DNA of 19,841 nucleotides from a virus (Duplodnaviria; Heunggongvirae; Uroviricota; Caudoviricetes): IMG/VR virus record IMGVR_UViG_2541047915_000006; one strand, 5' to 3'. Shown piece by piece: positions 16,329 to 19,841 of this stretch (position 1 is its first letter; each line of letters starts with the position of its first letter). The notes under the pieces were generated by a model. It saw only the letters and a program-made list of their open reading frames with translations, ran no database searches and was not told where the DNA came from. The position numbers and the translations under genes were made by a program.

Positions 16329-17411
16329 TTAGAACTGATAAACCAGACCTACAGCGACGATGTCGTCGGTATCAATACCAGCTGTTTTGGTAAACTTACT
16401 ATCGTCAATTAAGTTGATTTTGTAATCAACAAAAGTGGACATGTTTTTATTAAAGTAGTAAGTAGCACCGACATCGACATACTTGACTAAGTCTCGGTCA
16501 CCATGAACACCAAGGTCTTTACCTTTTGACTGAAGGTAAGCAACAGATGGACGCAGACCGAAGTCAAACTGATATTGTGCTACTGCTTCAAAGTTTTGTG
16601 CTTTGTTTGCAATATGGTTATTACCAAAAACGGTCATATTCTGAGTTTCAGAATATGTGGTAGCCAGATAGATATTGTTCGCATCATATTTCAGGCCTGC
16701 AGCCCATACTTCCGCATTTTTGCCGGAGGCATTGAATTTGCTCTTACCATAGGCGACCTGACCGTCAGTGCGATCTGATTTAGCATAGGTTGCACCCACG
16801 CCGAATCCTTCATACTCATAAGTAGTGGAGAAACCGAAACCATCACCATTGGCTTCAGTTACGTCAGTGCGGTCATTTTTACCCTGATACTGAGCAGCAA
16901 AGTTCAGGCCATCGACCAGACCAAAGAAGTCGTTGTTACGATAAGTTGCAACACCAGTAGTGCGACCAGTCATGAACACATCTGTTTGGGTCCAGGTATC
17001 ACCACCGAATTCTGGCAGAACGTCAGTCCACGCACCGATGTCGTATGCTACACCGTAGTTACGGCCGTAATCGATTGAGCCGTAATCACCAAATTTCAGG
17101 CCTGCAAATGCAAGACGGGTTTTGTCTTTGGAAGAACCTTGAGATTCAGCACGGTTGCCTTTGAATTCATATTCCCACTGACCGAAACCAGTCAGTTGAT
17201 CGTTGATTTGGGTTTCACCTTTGAAGCCAAGACGGGCATAAGTAGTATCACCATCATCTGCATCATTAGAGGAGAAGTAGTGCTTGGCATTAACTTTCCC
17301 GTATAGATCCAGCTTGTTACTGTCTTTATTATAAATTTCAGCTGCCTGAGCAGACATCGCCATCAGTACTGATGCAGCTACAGCAGAAATTGCCACTGTT
17401 AATTTTTTCAT
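16329..17411 (-). CDS. nmpC: Outer-membrane porin NmpC/Lc (OmpC/OmpF family, 360 aa precursor), intact
   Basis: Signal peptide [23 protein letters not shown] followed by [17 protein letters not shown]...; C-terminal ...VGLVYQF. Start taken at the ATG at 17411; the ORF track extends to 17471. AT-rich upstream region. Confidence 0.9.
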   Translation of the reverse strand: MKKLTVAISAVAASVLMAMSAQAAEIYNKDSNKLDLYGKVNAKHYFSSNDADDGDTTYARLGFKGETQINDQLTGFGQWEYEFKGNRAESQGSSKDKTRLAFAGLKFGDYGSIDYGRNYGVAYDIGAWTDVLPEFGGDTWTQTDVFMTGRTTGVATYRNNDFFGLVDGLNFAAQYQGKNDRTDVTEANGDGFGFSTTYEYEGFGVGATYAKSDRTDGQVAYGKSKFNASGKNAEVWAAGLKYDANNIYLATTYSETQNMTVFGNNHIANKAQNFEAVAQYQFDFGLRPSVAYLQSKGKDLGVHGDRDLVKYVDVGATYYFNKNMSTFVDYKINLIDDSKFTKTAGIDTDDIVAVGLVYQF

Positions 17412-17837
17412 TGTACGCCCTTTTTTTGAACTATTATTAAAAAATGATGTCACTGCGCGATAAATATTCATCTAATCAATGTGATTATTTCAAGATGTAA
17501 GTTTTAGTTTCTCATTTAATTTGTGAAGTAGATCTCTATTTTTATCTGAACCTTTTCTATCTAATCCTATTCATGGCTCTTGTCTGAACAAAAATAAATC
17601 TATTAGCTAATTTATATTAATGGCACTTATTTATAAGTGCTCTATAATTCTTTAGCTTAATTTAAACAAACTAAAAATAACATTGGAAATTATTAACTGG
17701 TTATTTGTTGAAGTTTTCTTATGCATTTGTGGTGGTGTTTTGAACACTCGGTGGCATTCTCACAAATATCATTTAGTAGTTTACGTACGTAAAAAATTGG
17801 TTATGCTGTTAAGAGTGGTTACTTCGTCACACAGCTT

Positions 17838-17870
17838 AAACCCGCCGTCGAGCGGGTTTTTCCATTTTTT
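17838..17870 (+). terminator. Intrinsic terminator upstream of the lysis cassette (possible tR' of a late leader RNA)
   Basis: AAACCCGC-cgtcga-GCGGGTTT hairpin followed by TTCCATTTTTTG on the plus strand, about 130 bp before the holin ATG. Confidence 0.45.
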
Positions 17871-17999
17871 GAGTCTCGATATTAGCTGATAACCCAATAC
17901 CTGAGTTATTCACTGACTCCGAATCTGTTACGTTTCTGCCTTTATTGCGATACGTAGTATCCCCTTAATTTACACCCGCTTTGTCTGCGAGGTGGGGTT

Positions 18000-18215
18000 A
18001 TGAAATCCATGGATAAGTTAACAACGGGTGTCGCCTATGGTACCTCAGCAGGTAGTGCCGGGTACTGGTTTTTACAGTTGCTCGATAAAGTCACGCCCTC
18101 ACAGTGGGCGGCAATAGGTGTGCTGGGTAGCCTGGTATTTGGCCTGCTGACGTACCTGACAAACCTTTATTTCAAGATTAAAGAAGATAAGCGCAAGGCT
18201 GCGAGAGGTGAATAA
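18000..18215 (+). CDS. S: Class II holin / pinholin of the S21 type (71 aa)
   Basis: [71 protein letters not shown]; two transmembrane segments. Close to my recall of phage 21 S / DLP12 EssD. GAGGTGGGG SD upstream. Confidence 0.9.
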
Positions 18216-18712
18216 TGCCTCCATCATTACGAAAAGCCGTTGCTGCTGCTATTGGTGGCGGAGCAATTGCTATAGCATCAGTGTTAATCACTGGCCCAAG
18301 TGGTAACGATGGTCTGGAAGGTGTCAGCTACATACCATACAAAGATATTGTTGGTGTATGGACTGTATGTCACGGGCATACAGGAAAAGACATCATGCTC
18401 GGTAAAACGTATACCAAAGCAGAATGCAAAGCCCTCCTGAATAAAGACCTTGCCACGGTCGCCAGACAAATTAACCCGTACATCAAAGTCGATATACCGG
18501 AAACAATGCGCGGCGCTCTTTACTCATTCGTTTACAACGTGGGTGCTGGCAATTTCAGAACATCGACGCTTCTTCGCAAAATAAACCAGGGCGATATCAA
18601 AGGCGCATGTGATCAGCTACGTCGCTGGACATATGCTGGCGGTAAGCAATGGAAAGGTCTCATGACTCGTCGTGAGATTGAGCGTGAAATCTGTTTGTGG
18701 GGTCAGCAATGA
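18215..18712 (+). CDS. R: SAR endolysin (lysozyme, R21/RrrD type, 165 aa)
   Basis: N-terminal signal-anchor-release segment [20 protein letters not shown] followed by a lysozyme domain. Matches DLP12 RrrD / phage 21 R. Confidence 0.9.
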   Translation: MPPSLRKAVAAAIGGGAIAIASVLITGPSGNDGLEGVSYIPYKDIVGVWTVCHGHTGKDIMLGKTYTKAECKALLNKDLATVARQINPYIKVDIPETMRGALYSFVYNVGAGNFRTSTLLRKINQGDIKGACDQLRRWTYAGGKQWKGLMTRREIEREICLWGQQ

Positions 18713-19170
18713 ACAGAGTAACCGCGATTATCTCCGCTCTGGTTATCTGCATCATCGTCTGCCTGTCATGGGCTGTTAATCATTACCGTGATAACGCCAT
18801 TACCTACAAAGCCCAGCGCGACAAAAATGCCAGAGAACTGACGCTGGCGAACGCGGTAATTACTGACATACAGATGCGTCAGCGTGATGTTGCTGCGCTC
18901 GATGCAAAATACACGAAGGAGTTAGCTGATGCGAAAGCTGAAAATGATGCTCTGCGTGATGATGTTGCCGCTGGTCGTCGTCGGTTGCACATCAAAGCAG
19001 TCTGTCAGTCAGTGCGTGAAGCCACCACCGCCTCCGGCGTGGATAATGCAGCCTCCCCCCGACTGGCAGACACCGCTGAACGGGATTATTTCACCCTCAG
19101 AGAGAGGCTGATCACTATGCAAAAACAACTGGAAGGAACCCAGAAGTATATTAATGAGCAGTGCAGATAG
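18709..19170 (+). CDS. Rz: Rz i-spanin (153 aa)
   Basis: N-terminal transmembrane segment, coiled-coil-rich periplasmic domain. ATG overlaps the R stop (ATGA). The ORF-track start at 18697 is a GTG. Confidence 0.85.
   Translation: MNRVTAIISALVICIIVCLSWAVNHYRDNAITYKAQRDKNARELTLANAVITDIQMRQRDVAALDAKYTKELADAKAENDALRDDVAAGRRRLHIKAVCQSVREATTASGVDNAASPRLADTAERDYFTLRERLITMQKQLEGTQKYINEQCR
18929..19111 (+). CDS. Rz1: Rz1 o-spanin lipoprotein (60 aa), embedded in the +1 frame of Rz
   Basis: [20 protein letters not shown] lipobox, then a proline-rich tract ([15 protein letters not shown]). Fully nested within Rz. Confidence 0.8.
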   Translation: MRKLKMMLCVMMLPLVVVGCTSKQSVSQCVKPPPPPAWIMQPPPDWQTPLNGIISPSERG

Positions 19171-19201
19171 AGCTGCCCATATCGATGGGCAACTCATGCA
19201 A

Positions 19202-19495
19202 TTATTGTGAGCAATACACACGCGCTTCCAGCGGAGTATAAATGCCTAAAGTAATAAAACCGAGCAATCCATTTACGAATGTTTGCTGGGTTTCTGTTTT
19301 AACAACATTTTCTGCACCACCACAAATTTTTGCTGCATCGACAGTTTTCTTCTGCCCAATTCCCGAAACGAAGAAATGATGGGTGATGGTTTCCTTTGGT
19401 GTTACTGCTGTAGGTTTGTTTCCAACAGTAAACGTCTGTTGAGCACATCCTGTAATAAGCATTGCCAGAGCGGCAGAAAACAACATTTTTTTCAT
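19202..19495 (-). CDS. bor: Bor lipoprotein (serum-resistance, 97 aa)
   Basis: MKKMLFSAALAMLITGCAQQ lipobox; matches lambda Bor. Start taken at the ATG at 19495; the ORF track extends to 19543. Confidence 0.85.
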   Translation of the reverse strand: MKKMLFSAALAMLITGCAQQTFTVGNKPTAVTPKETITHHFFVSGIGQKKTVDAAKICGGAENVVKTETQQTFVNGLLGFITLGIYTPLEARVYCSQ

Positions 19496-19554
19496 CTTAT
19501 TATCCTGCATTGTTAAAAACGGCAGAATCCTATGTGACAACAATTAAACGATAG

Positions 19555-19841
19555 TGGATTTGCCCCTATATTTCCAGACACCTGTTATCACTTAACCCAT
19601 TACTGGCTTGCTGCCGCAGATATTCCCGTGGCGAGCGATAACCCAGTGCACTATGCGGATGCCATTCGTTATAATGCTCGAACGCCTCTGCAAGGTTCTT
19701 TGCTGCCGTTAACCCGTCTGGTTTGGGCATGACACTGATGTAGTCACGCTTTATCGTTTTCACGAAGCTCTCTGCTATGCCGTTACTCTCCGGACTCCGC
19801 ACCGCCGTGCTCTTCGGTTCAAGCCCCAACATCCGGGCAAA
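19555..19841 (-). mobile_element. IS2 (IS3 family), right end; truncated by the window edge
   Basis: Terminal sequence TGGATTTGCCCCTATATTTCCAGACA is the reverse complement of the IS2 InsD-proximal end. The ORF 19566..19832 encodes the InsD C-terminus. Confidence 0.85.
19566..19841 (-). CDS. insD: IS2 transposase InsD (OrfB), C-terminal part only; 5' end lies beyond the window
   Basis: [88 protein letters not shown] matches the IS2 InsD C-terminus. Confidence 0.85.
   Translation of the reverse strand, partial: FARMLGLEPKSTAVRSPESNGIAESFVKTIKRDYISVMPKPDGLTAAKNLAEAFEHYNEWHPHSALGYRSPREYLRQQASNGLSDNRCLEI

Noticed and set aside
16575-16778. Plus-strand 67-aa ORF
   Set aside because: Antisense within nmpC.
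17412-17471. 20-codon N-terminal extension of nmpC ([20 protein letters not shown])
   Set aside because: The porin signal peptide begins at MKKLTVAI. The extension lies in the AT-rich promoter region.
17683-17889. Plus-strand 68-aa ORF in the nmpC-S intergenic region
   Set aside because: AT-rich and low-complexity, and it runs through the hairpin terminator at 17838..17870. More likely promoter/leader sequence than a gene.
18284-19516. ORFs 18284..18469 (minus), 19009..19221 (minus) and 19283..19516 (plus)
   Set aside because: Antisense to the endolysin, Rz/Rz1 and bor respectively.

Overview
The window is the left arm, immunity region, replication/nin region and lysis cassette of a mosaic lambdoid prophage of the E. 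coli type. It begins exactly at the stop codon of a lambda-family integrase and runs off the right edge inside an IS2 copy. Reading left to right: int-xis; a leftward early operon with small ORFs, a TraR/DksA-like zinc finger, exo-bet-gam-kil-cIII that are near-identical to lambda, and ea10 split by a complete IS911 (1250 bp, 3-bp CAG target duplication); ral, orf28 and rightward sieB; an N antiterminator of the H-19B/933W type with its nutL; a non-lambda immunity region (LexA-like cI, cro, shared operator motifs in pL and pR); a mosaic cII with oop RNA; lambda-like O (with ori iterons), P, ren, tR2 and ninB; then a DLP12/phage 21/82-like right arm (Dam-like methyltransferase, ninE, a ninF/ybcO recombination scar, rusA, ylcG, Q, an intact nmpC porin on the opposite strand, S21-type pinholin, SAR endolysin, Rz/Rz1, bor). 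The most interesting locus is a translationally coupled two-gene cassette (8723..10029, minus strand) sitting between cI and N exactly where lambda carries rexA-rexB. It is AT-rich, co-oriented with cI, followed by its own terminator, and neither protein resembles RexA/RexB or any family I recognise; I propose it as a candidate lysogen-expressed phage-exclusion system. All protein identifications come from my recall of lambda, DLP12 and phage 21 sequences, not from a database search, and all coordinates were derived by hand from the sequence and ORF track.
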